44,943 nucleotides of DNA. Source: a virus (taxonomy: Duplodnaviria; Caudoviricetes). The stretch is from the IMG/VR virus record IMGVR_UViG_3300024186_000074, positions 1 through 44,943 of that record; one strand, written 5' to 3'. The notes under the pieces are model-generated. The model was not told where the DNA came from and made no database searches. It saw only the letters and a list, made by a program, of their open reading frames with translations. This document shows, piece after piece, positions 23,125-32,675 of this stretch; positions within the stretch are counted from its first letter, which is position 1; each line of letters begins with the position of its first letter. A program made the translations under genes and the position numbers.

Positions 23125-23841
23125 CTAGTTGAACCCATGGTACCCCTTGTACCGTTGGTTAACGAAGCGGACGTTTTCTTTCACGAACTCGGCTGCGGGA
23201 TAACCGGCTGCCGTCCAGTCAGCCATAGCCCTGTTCCACGTTTCTTGTGAGACGTGGCCGTCCTTGCCTACCTTGGACTGAAGGTTCTGCGCCGATGTTG
23301 CCATGTCCTGCTGCTTGATTTGTGCCGGCGCAGCTGCTTTGGTCGATTGGCCTACATTGAACTCACGTACCTTCTCGGCCTCTTGCTGTGCGGCCAGCTG
23401 GGCAGCGGCCTTGTCTTGCTCGGTCTTGTACGCCATACCGTATTCGGATTCGAGGTTACTGCGGCCAGCGTTGTAGTCGTTTACCTTGTTTGTGGCCGAG
23501 GTCGTAGCCTGCCCGAGCGCCGTAGTCAAATCCTGCTGGCCCTGGTCCAGGGCGTGGGTCTGGTCGCTCAGCTGGCCGGCTATCGGGGCGCGCTCGTTGG
23601 CTACCTGCTTCTCGCGCTGGGCCTCCGTCACGAGGCTGCCCTGGGTACGGCCGGTTACCGACGGGTCGACGGCGTTCAGAGCGTTAGATGTATTGGTGAC
23701 AGCTGTGCGCAGGCCAGAGACAGTGTTCCGAATCTCGGGTACACCGAACTGCGACAGCGCCGAATTTAGAGCGTCTGTCGAAGTGACCGGGTTGGCGTCA
23801 TAGGTGGCTAACTTTTGGGCGATTGCTGTGCTTGGTTGCAT
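23125..23841 (-). CDS. Putative internal virion / pilot protein
   Basis: Ala/Gln/Thr-rich helical protein. Confidence 0.5.
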   Translation of the reverse strand: MQPSTAIAQKLATYDANPVTSTDALNSALSQFGVPEIRNTVSGLRTAVTNTSNALNAVDPSVTGRTQGSLVTEAQREKQVANERAPIAGQLSDQTHALDQGQQDLTTALGQATTSATNKVNDYNAGRSNLESEYGMAYKTEQDKAAAQLAAQQEAEKVREFNVGQSTKAAAPAQIKQQDMATSAQNLQSKVGKDGHVSQETWNRAMADWTAAGYPAAEFVKENVRFVNQRYKGYHGFN

Positions 23842-23854
23842 GTGGCTTCCTGCA

Positions 23855-23905
23855 TAAAAATAGCTCCCACTAGGGGAGCGTTTAGCTACTAGTGGAAGTA
23901 TACTA
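23855..23905 (-). promoter_or_regulatory. Repeated leader copy A: TATACT-6nt-AGTAGCT-hairpin-U tract
   Basis: Near-identical elements at 28748 and 31757. Confidence 0.75.
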
Positions 23906-23913
23906 CGAGTCCA

Positions 23914-24642
23914 CTACGATGTGCTAGTAACATTGAGGGTGAAGACAGTGTAGTAAATCGTGATAGCCGACGCCGTCACACTACCACCAGTGAAATTGGT
24001 GAACCCTAGACCCAAGTACAGGTTAGTCTGGTCAAACGACAACCACAACTGGAAGAAGGCCTCTCCTGTGGCGTTGTCAAGTTGGACAACACTGTCACCC
24101 ATGCTTACCTGCGTCAACTTGCTTAACGGATACCCCGTCGGTATTACCGGCGAAGATGGGCTGAAGGGGTTGTCGCTTAGGTATTTTTGAGAGAAAAAGC
24201 TTACGTTCGGAACAAAGCCTACGTTGTGGGGAATCGTAACGACGGATGAAGTGGCGTTCGCACCATCGGCAACCGAACCAAGCGACGCAAATGTGTAACT
24301 GCTTTGAAGCGCCACCGTAAAGCTTCTCGTGCTGTTGAACGCGAGTTTGGTTGGGTCGGTGTTCGTAGTGACATCAACACCGGTACGGGTTACGAAAAAC
24401 CCCTCACCAAACGTCGCCTGTTTCCCCATCAGCACTTGCGGCACAGTATCTGCAACGATTATCTGACTATTGCCACCATCTGAATATACCTTGTCACTGC
24501 CAAGCTGCTGTATACCTCGCGTCGTGCCCGTGGCGACTTGTCGCGGGGCCACGCGGTCCGTGCTTGGCGCAACAGGCACATCTGAGATAGTGGCGAAGTC
24601 GTCACTCGGCTGAGCGTCTGCGGGGGCACCCAGCTCGCTCAT
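23914..24642 (-). CDS. Putative tail structural protein
   Basis: Beta-rich; TIPHNVGFVP motif; coupled to the nozzle-like gene. Confidence 0.5.
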   Translation of the reverse strand: MSELGAPADAQPSDDFATISDVPVAPSTDRVAPRQVATGTTRGIQQLGSDKVYSDGGNSQIIVADTVPQVLMGKQATFGEGFFVTRTGVDVTTNTDPTKLAFNSTRSFTVALQSSYTFASLGSVADGANATSSVVTIPHNVGFVPNVSFFSQKYLSDNPFSPSSPVIPTGYPLSKLTQVSMGDSVVQLDNATGEAFFQLWLSFDQTNLYLGLGFTNFTGGSVTASAITIYYTVFTLNVTSTS

Positions 24643-26528
24643 AAGGCAAACTCTGTCTCCCGTGGTTTGTACTCGAGGATGTGGGTGTAGATAGTCGGCG
24701 TGGTCGCGGTGGCACTACACGTGCCGTCAAAACCTGTCACGATGCGCTTGAAGGGGTTCGGGGAGTTCACCGGAGATATCAGCCTCTCAGCACCCGTAGT
24801 GTGGCTCAGGCCGTTTACATAGGCACCACCGTTGATACTCGTGACAACGGTCATCGCTACTCCGGCGGGCAGTGCTGCGGTAACAACACCCACCTTCAGG
24901 GCTAACTTGTCGCGGTGCGCCTGGCCGCCATCGAAGCGACGAGCTCGGAACTTGAATATTGGCGCCGGCGTGCATAGGTTGTCAACAATGTCAAGGCCAT
25001 AGGCACCGTTAGAGTCCTTCCAGCTTATGTACATCTCGTCACCAAAGCTGCGGACGCATCCCAGTTTTATCGAGTTGCCGGTCGGTGTCGTCTGGTGTGA
25101 CGACGCCACATACCCATAGTTGAAACTAGCCGGGTAGTTCTTCTCCAGACTACCCCAGACGTACACCCCGTGCTCGATACCGGTGTTGGTAGTAATCGAC
25201 GGAAACCCGATATGGAGCAGGTTGTCCTTGACGCACAGCATGTTCGGGTAAACCCTCGTGTTGTCGATGACGCCACTAAAGGTGTTATCAAGGCTGGCAA
25301 TCTTGCGGACTTGGATAATCTCTTTACCACCAGCCCAGGCGCAAAGCTTGCCGCTTACGACGAAGTACGGATAGTTCAACAATGTCTCTATGCCCTCGGG
25401 CGCACCGCCAGATACATCGACAATCTGGTTGTAGGTAGTAGCGGTGCCGTCCCATGTAAAGAGTTTGCCGGACTGGAAATCCTTGGTGCCATCAGTGCTG
25501 TACTTGGCGGCTGCGATGACCAGGAACTCGTCTGTCACTGCCAAGCCGCAGACCTCGTAGCCGTCTGGAAAGGTTAAGCGGTGACGTTGGAACTCGTTGT
25601 TGGGCGGGTTGTTATCTGTCAGCGGTTCCCAGACCGCCAGGTAACGGCCATTGCCAATACAGGTGAACTGCTGGAACTGCGCCATCGGATGAAAGCCATT
25701 GGTGGTCTGCACGAACCGGTATGCCCACAGCTCGAAGTCGGCGGTGTTCAGGCTGCCTGACGTACTGCAGGCTACCGTTGTGTCGCCCACCGTGCTAGTC
25801 AGGTGGATGTGGTATGTGCGGGCATTTGGTTTAACAAGCGCACGTATTTGACTGCTGTAGACGAACTCAACAAGGCCGGTAGCCATGTTAGCCGCGGTAA
25901 TGGTCGTGCTAGCTAGTTGGTTGTTTAGGCCGTCATGCAGGGTCAGCGTGACGTTGCCCGTGCCTTTGCTAACGACATTGACCTTGGTGCTGTAAAACGG
26001 CTCGATGTCAGGCTGGAAAGAGATGTATTGGTTCTCGTCTAAGGTGGTGGGGATGGTGTAGGTGGATGCCCCCCCAGTACGGTAAGCAGTGGTAGCCGTG
26101 GACTTGCTCGGCCCATAAGTCACGTCGAACGTCGGTGTGCCGCTCATCGGGTAGTAGCGGCGCAGGTCGGTCTGGGTGGCAAAGTAGCAAGCGTCTGAAT
26201 CTGAGCGGTACAGCGCACCATCACTGCCCGTCGAGAACTTGTTCACATAAGTGAAGGTGTTGTCGGTGGCAATTTTGTAGACGTTGCCCTGGTCGCCGTA
26301 GCCGTAGCGCGTACCGTTGGCAGTCTGAACGATGTTTTGGATTAGGTCGTTCGCCACACCTATTTGCCTCGGTCCTGGCAGTACAGTCAGTTGGGACGGG
26401 TTCTTCCGGTGCTCTAAAGCGCGCGAATAGCTAAAGCTCGCCGGCGTGCCGATGGCTTCATCACTGGACATGCCACCATAGAACTGCTGGATGGGCACGA
26501 AGTGACTTAGATAAGGTATGTATCTCAT
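24639..26528 (-). CDS. Putative tail nozzle / DNA-stabilisation beta-propeller protein
   Basis: 629 aa, beta-rich, FYGGMS N-terminus, follows the adaptor gene. Confidence 0.55.
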   Translation of the reverse strand: MRYIPYLSHFVPIQQFYGGMSSDEAIGTPASFSYSRALEHRKNPSQLTVLPGPRQIGVANDLIQNIVQTANGTRYGYGDQGNVYKIATDNTFTYVNKFSTGSDGALYRSDSDACYFATQTDLRRYYPMSGTPTFDVTYGPSKSTATTAYRTGGASTYTIPTTLDENQYISFQPDIEPFYSTKVNVVSKGTGNVTLTLHDGLNNQLASTTITAANMATGLVEFVYSSQIRALVKPNARTYHIHLTSTVGDTTVACSTSGSLNTADFELWAYRFVQTTNGFHPMAQFQQFTCIGNGRYLAVWEPLTDNNPPNNEFQRHRLTFPDGYEVCGLAVTDEFLVIAAAKYSTDGTKDFQSGKLFTWDGTATTYNQIVDVSGGAPEGIETLLNYPYFVVSGKLCAWAGGKEIIQVRKIASLDNTFSGVIDNTRVYPNMLCVKDNLLHIGFPSITTNTGIEHGVYVWGSLEKNYPASFNYGYVASSHQTTPTGNSIKLGCVRSFGDEMYISWKDSNGAYGLDIVDNLCTPAPIFKFRARRFDGGQAHRDKLALKVGVVTAALPAGVAMTVVTSINGGAYVNGLSHTTGAERLISPVNSPNPFKRIVTGFDGTCSATATTPTIYTHILEYKPRETEFAL

Positions 26529-27418
26529 GGGTACGTAACTGGGGGCGTTAGGTCAATCCAGCTAGGACGGCGGTTGTTATTGCGGCTCTTCACGCCCATA
26601 CGTGAGGTAGACCGCGCGTACGTCTCCTTGGCGCTTTTGACCTTAAGCTCGAACCGCTGGGCGAACAGAGGGGCTGTACGTTGGTCATTCTGAACCATGT
26701 AATACCGCTCGGCCGCGTAGTACACAGGCGCGTCCTGGTAAGCGTTGGGAATCTTCATCACCTCGCCGATGCGGAAACTGCGGCCCGACCCGCTGACCCC
26801 TTCGTAGTAGTTCTCCAGAGTCAGCACACTAGTAGAGGTGTAGGCCGCAATGCGGTACCACTTGCCATCGGTGCCATCTGTGACCTGGAGCCAGCGCCCG
26901 ACCATCTCAGGCAGGAAACCAGTAGCGGAATGCGTAAGCGTCGCCGAACCGTTGGAGACAGTCACCGTACCTGTAGTGAAGTCGTCATGGGTAAGGTCCA
27001 CGTGTTGTGGTTCGAGTGAGACCACCAGGCCGTTAGCTACGGTCGTACTCGGTATTGGATAAAGTCCCACCTCATTAAAGCCGCGGATGTAGTAATGCGT
27101 CGGGTAGTTGCCACTGGTGGAGATGGTGTTCAGTTGATTCCACTCGAGCTCGGATGTCACCAGGACGGGCGTGTAGTAGTTCGTGCCGTTCAGACAGCGA
27201 ATCTCGCTAATGCGGATGGCTTCTGCCGGCAACTGGTAGTATTGCTGGGCAGCGGTCAGCGACGCAGTCATGTATTCCTTGTTGAACTTCCGGCCTAGGC
27301 GGTTCAGGAACATAGCGCCGCCCTCGTTGATGTCACGCTTGAACATGACGAGGCTAGCCGTAGACGTGTCTCCGGTGAGTTGCTGGAGCATTTGGTACTG
27401 GTCCTGAAAGGTGAGCAT
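26525..27418 (-). CDS. Putative head-to-tail adaptor
   Basis: Helical N-terminus, QQYYQLP, PTHYYI..GLYPIPS, IPNAYQDAPVYYAA. Confidence 0.65.
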   Translation of the reverse strand: MLTFQDQYQMLQQLTGDTSTASLVMFKRDINEGGAMFLNRLGRKFNKEYMTASLTAAQQYYQLPAEAIRISEIRCLNGTNYYTPVLVTSELEWNQLNTISTSGNYPTHYYIRGFNEVGLYPIPSTTVANGLVVSLEPQHVDLTHDDFTTGTVTVSNGSATLTHSATGFLPEMVGRWLQVTDGTDGKWYRIAAYTSTSVLTLENYYEGVSGSGRSFRIGEVMKIPNAYQDAPVYYAAERYYMVQNDQRTAPLFAQRFELKVKSAKETYARSTSRMGVKSRNNNRRPSWIDLTPPVTYP

Positions 27419-27420
27419 GG

Positions 27421-28308
27421 CTAAACCTTATATTCGATTATTTGCATAGTGGACAGCGTGATGCCACCAAACTTACGGGCGCCAGCGAATCCATTAAACG
27501 TAGCCGTGGCAGCAGACACAGGGCCGGCTCTAAACCTAAACGTAGTCGAGGACGTCGTACCTGAAACCATGTCATGTTCTATCAGTAGATTCACCATACC
27601 GCTGGCAGCATTGACAGTAATATCTTGCGCTGCAAGGGCGTTGGCTGTGGCGTCCTGGAATAGCGCACCTATGATATCGTTCGTAGCAGCACTCTGGGAA
27701 AGAAAGGCTTTTACTCTTATATAGAGGTGGTTTGTTGCGCTCTTGGGAGTGATTGCTAGCGTCATGAACTCGGTTCCCTCAGTAATCTGGGGGATTGTGT
27801 CGTCTTCGGGGATAAGTGTGGTCCCGGTCGCCACGGCCGTGAAGTTGCTGTTAACCATCTGTACGGGTACACCAGTGGCCAATTGACTGCTGCCCACGGT
27901 ACCGGCAGTTAGGTTCGCACCACTCATGAAGCCACTCTTGATGTTCACGCCGCCAATAGTCGTGCCATTGCCGGGAGTACTCTCGTTAATGGTGTCAATC
28001 TTCGGTGTGACAAGGGTAGGAGAGGTGCCGAACACGGCAAGACCGCTACCGGTCTCGTCGGACAGGCTGGCGGCCAGCTGGGCACTCGTGAGCTGCGTCC
28101 AGGCGCTCGTGCCCGTGCCGGTGCCAAACAGCAGCGTACTGACTACTGGCGTGCTAGAGCCTGTGCCCACTTTCGCCTCCATGGCTTTAATCGAATCGTT
28201 GGCGTTCGCGTGCTGGCTAGCGTGGTGCGGGCTGGTAGGCGCATCGCCGGCGGCCGGGTTAGGCAGCGTCGAGTTGTTGTCAAGCGAACCAGGGAAGTTG
28301 GTAGCCAT
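27421..28308 (-). CDS. Putative tail fibre / spike protein
   Basis: MATNFPGSLD start; SDETGSGLAVFGTSPTLVTP; beta-rich C-terminal domain. Confidence 0.6.
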   Translation of the reverse strand: MATNFPGSLDNNSTLPNPAAGDAPTSPHHASQHANANDSIKAMEAKVGTGSSTPVVSTLLFGTGTGTSAWTQLTSAQLAASLSDETGSGLAVFGTSPTLVTPKIDTINESTPGNGTTIGGVNIKSGFMSGANLTAGTVGSSQLATGVPVQMVNSNFTAVATGTTLIPEDDTIPQITEGTEFMTLAITPKSATNHLYIRVKAFLSQSAATNDIIGALFQDATANALAAQDITVNAASGMVNLLIEHDMVSGTTSSTTFRFRAGPVSAATATFNGFAGARKFGGITLSTMQIIEYKV

Positions 28309-28478
28309 TACGCAGCGCTCCAGACGGTCGGTGTCTTATCGCTGGCAGGGCTCTCCGTCGTGTCCTGGTTGCCGTCGTAGTGGCTGTAGATAGTGTTGTA
28401 CGTCACGCCAGTAGGTTCATACGTGTCTGTGCTGACAGATGACGGGTTGGGAGTCCACCGAGTCGGAACTTTGGTCAT
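28308..28478 (-). CDS. Small virion-associated protein (56 aa, MTKVPTRWTPNP...)
   Basis: GGGGA RBS; TAATG coupling to the next gene; below ORF-track cutoff. Confidence 0.6.
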   Translation of the reverse strand: MTKVPTRWTPNPSSVSTDTYEPTGVTYNTIYSHYDGNQDTTESPASDKTPTVWSAA

Positions 28479-28480
28479 GG

Positions 28481-28723
28481 TTAAGTCCCCTGATGGCTAA
28501 GCGCGCTTACCGTCACATCTTCGGTGGACGCGTTGACTACCGTTACCGAGCCAGTGAAGCCGTAGTAGCGTTTGCTGGTGACGCCTGTACTAGCCGCTAT
28601 GACCGCCACAGTGGTGCCGCCATCAGCGATGGTGAGTGTGCCAGTTAGGGCCTTGTTTATCTCGACCAGGATGCCGTAGGTCTTGCCGATTGTGGTAGTG
28701 GCCGCGGTGGTGATGTAGTTCGT
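28481..28723 (-). CDS. Small beta-rich virion protein with apparent ACG start (NYITTAATTTIGKTYGILVEINKALTGTLTI...)
   Basis: 81-codon open frame fills the gap exactly; GAGGA RBS 7 nt before ACG; no in-frame ATG/GTG/TTG between the leader terminator and this position. Confidence 0.6.
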   Translation of the reverse strand, partial: TNYITTAATTTIGKTYGILVEINKALTGTLTIADGGTTVAVIAASTGVTSKRYYGFTGSVTVVNASTEDVTVSALSHQGT

Positions 28724-28747
28724 GGTGCTATCCTCGCTTTCTGAACA

Positions 28748-28796
28748 TAAAAATAGCCCCCGTAAGGGAGCTGTTGAAGCTACTGAGTGGATTATA
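28748..28796 (-). promoter_or_regulatory. Repeated leader copy B: TATAAT-6nt-AGTAGCT-hairpin-U tract
   Basis: Same architecture as copies A and C. Confidence 0.75.
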
Positions 28797-28798
28797 TA

Positions 28799-29722
28799 TC
28801 AGGAGCCTACACCAAGCAATGTTAGGTTGTGGGCGGTCACTGGAGCAGTGGTGCTGTTTTTGAACCCGACAGAGTAATAGGTGTTCGTGTTGGCATTAGT
28901 GTTCGCGCTAGTACCCACCTGAAAGCCGTCAGACCCGAAGTTCTGGATGATGTTGGCCGCCTCGCCGGTAGCTGTCATCAGGTACGCGTTATCGCCAGAC
29001 TCGGTAGAGAACCGTACGGCCATTGCGTCTGTAGTAGTGTCCTTGTCCCATACGCAGTCGGGCTGGAAGCCCATGCCCGTGATGTCGCGGTTGTCGCTGC
29101 CGTTGCCTGTGTAGGTAATCGGCTTGAAAAGGCTGGCTGTGGTGTCGATGACCGCATAGTAATAGTTACGCCCCGTACCGTTTACTTCGTTGCGGAAGCT
29201 AAGCGTGAAGCCATCGGAATCCAGAGACAGGATACGGTCCGTCAGTTGCGCGCCGGCATTATAGGGCAGATAGCTGTCAGTCGCCATGTCACTCGTGCGA
29301 TAGCCACCGGTGTCGCCGAGGTCGTCCCATATGAATAGGCCGTCTGGAGCGAAGCCAATACCCGTGAACGCTCGCGGGCCAGTAGAGTTGCCGGCATACG
29401 TACCCGTCTTGAATGAACCTCCCGTAGTGTCGGTAATCGCAAGGTAGTGGTAGACCGTAGTGTTGTTATTAACCTTGGCGTCCGTTCCAAGCGTGAAGCC
29501 ATCAGAATCATAAGAGCTCAGGCGACCGGTTGCCGGAGTTGCGCCGGTAATATCCTGCATCTTCGTCGAGCCCATCTCTGATGTTCCGACTTGTGCCAGA
29601 TTCGAGCCGCCCTTGATAAGGAGCATCGTGTGGCTACCAGAGTTCATCGCGAACCCGAGCCCTGTTATGGATTTTGCTGACCCCGTCCCTGTGTATGTAC
29701 CGACCTTTATTTTCAGCGCCAC
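28799..29722 (-). CDS. Virion protein with three internal repeats (YTGxG...ITGxGF.PD...DGF.LG)
   Basis: Three ~100-aa repeats visible in the translation. Confidence 0.65.
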   Translation of the reverse strand: MALKIKVGTYTGTGSAKSITGLGFAMNSGSHTMLLIKGGSNLAQVGTSEMGSTKMQDITGATPATGRLSSYDSDGFTLGTDAKVNNNTTVYHYLAITDTTGGSFKTGTYAGNSTGPRAFTGIGFAPDGLFIWDDLGDTGGYRTSDMATDSYLPYNAGAQLTDRILSLDSDGFTLSFRNEVNGTGRNYYYAVIDTTASLFKPITYTGNGSDNRDITGMGFQPDCVWDKDTTTDAMAVRFSTESGDNAYLMTATGEAANIIQNFGSDGFQVGTSANTNANTNTYYSVGFKNSTTAPVTAHNLTLLGVGS

Positions 29723-29731
29723 AACGACACC

Positions 29732-31756
29732 CTACTTGTAGTAAAAGTTGACATCACAGGTCGCACCGGTTGAACCCGTCCTAGTGGTGGTGCATGCGTA
29801 GGAAATGGCGGTCCCAAAGGGAATGCCCTTATCGATATTCAGGGTAACGCCGCCGGATGCAGGTATGCCAATAGATATGTCTGGGACGGTTGTGCCCAAG
29901 GTCACTGAACCAGAGGCCACGTTGAATAGTTGCACGTAGGCCGCGGCGGCGGTGGTGTTAAATAAGTGGTACGCGTATAGCTGCCCGGCTGAGGCTTTTA
30001 TAGAGGTGGCTGTACCGCCTGTAGAAGCACTCTTGATAGATAGGCCGCCAGAGGTAGCAGGAGTATCAGTGACGAGCCACGGTGTGCTGTTGGCGGTGTT
30101 CCCCGGCTGGACTGTCCATGTGCCGGACTGGGAAGCGGGTACTACATCATCGGTAGCTATAGTCACACGTTGTGTACCGGCCGAGCGCGTACCGGTGTTC
30201 ATGGCTATGGCTGCGCCGTTCATCTGGGTAAGACTCGTTACGGTTGAGACCGTAGACATTGCGCCGGTACCGTTGTTGGCCAGTTCTACGCGTAATGCAC
30301 CAGTAGCAGTGCCGGAGCCGGTCGTGGCGTAACTGACCGGCTGTGTAGTGGCCGAACCGTCTACTGTGAGGGCATTGCCTGCAGTGACATTGACACCACG
30401 CTCATTCCCTGCTGCATCTCGGATAGTGGAGTACTGGTTTCGGTTCGCTGACATCCTCACAAATCCGAAACTGTTCTCTGTAATCGCGGTAGGGGATACG
30501 TCATCGAACACGGCCGCCATCGCAGAGTTCACGCCGCTATTGGCCGATGCACTGTTCATCGTACTAACGGGTACGGTGGCAGATGAGGTAGTAACAGAAC
30601 CGATGGCTGCAGAACCAGCAGCTAATGCAATCTGCCCCGTGGAATCAGAAGCTACAGTTACCCGAAGCGCGGTGGTGCTGGCAGTACCGTTACCGGTAGC
30701 AGCGGCATTAGTTCCAAAAGATGTGATGTTCGTATTGGTCGCTTGGATTGTCGGGGAATGCGGAAGGGAGAAGTGTATGGTGCCGGCATAGCTACCTGCA
30801 GCCAGGCTAGCGACACTTATTCGGAAGTATCGTGCATTTAATGGCCCGGCGTATATACCGGTGGCGTTGGCACTAGTGGCTGGGGCGCTGTTTCCCGTTG
30901 CCCCGACGCTAGAGAGTGAAATGGAAACCCATGTTGAGTTGTCGTTCGATGCTTGGAAGGTGCCGACACCGCTCGTACCAACGCTCGTGACTTGTACGGA
31001 TACGAAGCCGTAGTTCCCCGCATCAGTTGCACCTACGGTCGTGTTCGAGCTCGTCGTAAAGGTAACTGGCAGATAAGCTGCACCCACAAGCGCGGCGTTC
31101 TGGCCAGCCGCGGTGCCGTCCGACTTCAGGACATTAGCTACGTTGGTGCCATCAGTCAGCTTCGCCTGTTGAGTGCCGCCGGTCAGCGTTGCATCGAGCG
31201 CCAGGCCGTTGGTCGTACCCATATTCGCGGTCACGGTGCCCGACACCGGTTGAGGGGTGCCAGAAGCCACGCCTTGAACAGATATAACATCGGTCGAGGG
31301 ACTACCGGCGGTTCCAAGAGCCGGCTGTTTGGCCGCGGTGGCAGCACCAGTCGGTAATGCCGAGCTTGCCACAGTCACAGCACCCGTGTTCACAGCCGTA
31401 ATCTTGCCGTCGATGCTCGCCAGGCTTGTGTTGCCCGTGTCCTGTTTGGCAGAGGTGGCCAGGCCGGTAGTGTCGACGGTAGCTGAAGTTGGCAAAGGAT
31501 TGGCCGATGAGACGGCCGTGATGGTACCGGCCTTATCGAAGACGGGTATGGTGCCTACGGGATGGGCAACCGTAGCGGCGCCATCGGTGTACTGGACGTC
31601 ACTGCCACCGCCTCCACCAGAGCCAGACGTAAGCATGGCGCCTGTAGTCGGGTCAACCTCCACTGGTACCGGGGTAGTGCCGTCGGTTGAACTGACGCCT
31701 ATGAGCGTCGGCACTCGGTTTTGGTCGTGTGAGGCGTTGGTTCGTGGTGCTGGCAT
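29732..31756 (-). CDS. Large Thr/Ala/Gly/Ser-rich virion fibre or decoration protein
   Basis: Low-complexity repeats (ATSAKQ/ATAAKQ, LRVTVASD/LRVELAN/QRVTIATD). Confidence 0.6.
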   Translation of the reverse strand: MPAPRTNASHDQNRVPTLIGVSSTDGTTPVPVEVDPTTGAMLTSGSGGGGGSDVQYTDGAATVAHPVGTIPVFDKAGTITAVSSANPLPTSATVDTTGLATSAKQDTGNTSLASIDGKITAVNTGAVTVASSALPTGAATAAKQPALGTAGSPSTDVISVQGVASGTPQPVSGTVTANMGTTNGLALDATLTGGTQQAKLTDGTNVANVLKSDGTAAGQNAALVGAAYLPVTFTTSSNTTVGATDAGNYGFVSVQVTSVGTSGVGTFQASNDNSTWVSISLSSVGATGNSAPATSANATGIYAGPLNARYFRISVASLAAGSYAGTIHFSLPHSPTIQATNTNITSFGTNAAATGNGTASTTALRVTVASDSTGQIALAAGSAAIGSVTTSSATVPVSTMNSASANSGVNSAMAAVFDDVSPTAITENSFGFVRMSANRNQYSTIRDAAGNERGVNVTAGNALTVDGSATTQPVSYATTGSGTATGALRVELANNGTGAMSTVSTVTSLTQMNGAAIAMNTGTRSAGTQRVTIATDDVVPASQSGTWTVQPGNTANSTPWLVTDTPATSGGLSIKSASTGGTATSIKASAGQLYAYHLFNTTAAAAYVQLFNVASGSVTLGTTVPDISIGIPASGGVTLNIDKGIPFGTAISYACTTTRTGSTGATCDVNFYYK

Positions 31757-31806
31757 ATAAAAAAGCTCCCGCTAGGGGAGCTGCTTAAGCTACTAGTCCT
31801 ATCATA
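31757..31806 (-). promoter_or_regulatory. Repeated leader copy C: TATGAT-6nt-AGTAGCT-hairpin-U tract, abutting the ATG
   Basis: Same architecture as copies A and B. Confidence 0.75.
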
Positions 31807-31811
31807 CGATA

Positions 31812-32675
31812 CTAGCCAGCATTCTCCAAGATGCCTCCCTTGCGCTTGAGACGGAGTTCTGCATCGGCAATTAGGGCCTCACGCTCAATGAGCGACTGCT
31901 CCTTGGCCGCCAGCGCCTTCCTGGCCGTCGATTCATACTGCAGAAACTCAGTATGCTTGCCTTCTACAGATGCCACGGCGGTTTTGCGAGTCTCGAGTTC
32001 TGCAGTCACGTCCTCAAGCTCCGCACGCTTGGCAGCGTGCTTCGTGTCGAGCTCCTGGACTTGCCGTTCTGTTTCAGCATGTTTGCCGGCCAGTTTGTCA
32101 GCCTCGGAAGCTATCTCAGCCTGCTTCTGCACGATTTCAGCGTCCAGGTCGGCTAGAATGCGCTTCCTGGCCTCAATGCCCGCCAGAATGGCTGTATTGT
32201 CGTCAGCGAGCGTCTTGTTTAGGGTCTTGAGACGGTCGGTCTCTAGCCGGCATTCATCCACGGCAGCTTGCGCCTTTGCCACACACCCGTCTTGTTCTGC
32301 CCTCGTGGCCTCAAGAGTGCTTTCCGCGGCCTCGATTGATTGCCTGAGTGTTCCGAGTTCCACGGCCAAGTCATTGAGCGTAGTTTCGTGCTCGGCAATC
32401 TGCTCGGCCCGGGTATGGGCCTTCTCATCACTTTCGACCTGCGACTTATCCCGCTGCTGTTCCAGGTCCTTGATGGACTGCTGCAGGAATTTCACTCTGG
32501 CTGATAGTGTAATGCAGTCTTGCGAGAGACTTTGCTTACTCGCTTCGAGTTTGACCACCTGGTCGTCGATGGCCTCGGCCTTTGCGAGTAGTTCCCTAAG
32601 CTCCGGCAGGACGGCCACTTGAAGCCTTCGGCGTAAAGCTCTTACCCGTTCCAGGGGCTGGCGGTTCGGTGTCAA
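31812..32675 (-). CDS. Coiled-coil protein (true start probably near 32618)
   Basis: Heptad-rich E/A/K/L sequence. Confidence 0.6.
   Translation of the reverse strand: MTPNRQPLERVRALRRRLQVAVLPELRELLAKAEAIDDQVVKLEASKQSLSQDCITLSARVKFLQQSIKDLEQQRDKSQVESDEKAHTRAEQIAEHETTLNDLAVELGTLRQSIEAAESTLEATRAEQDGCVAKAQAAVDECRLETDRLKTLNKTLADDNTAILAGIEARKRILADLDAEIVQKQAEIASEADKLAGKHAETERQVQELDTKHAAKRAELEDVTAELETRKTAVASVEGKHTEFLQYESTARKALAAKEQSLIEREALIADAELRLKRKGGILENAG

Noticed and set aside
23855-31806. Repeated leader elements as a CRISPR array or REP elements
   Set aside because: Copies are kilobases apart, have no spacers, and are always tied to a -10 box and a gene start.
31812-32675. Coiled-coil protein as a tape measure protein
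   Set aside because: Too short, and no tail tube or tail chaperone genes are nearby; gene order fits a podovirus.
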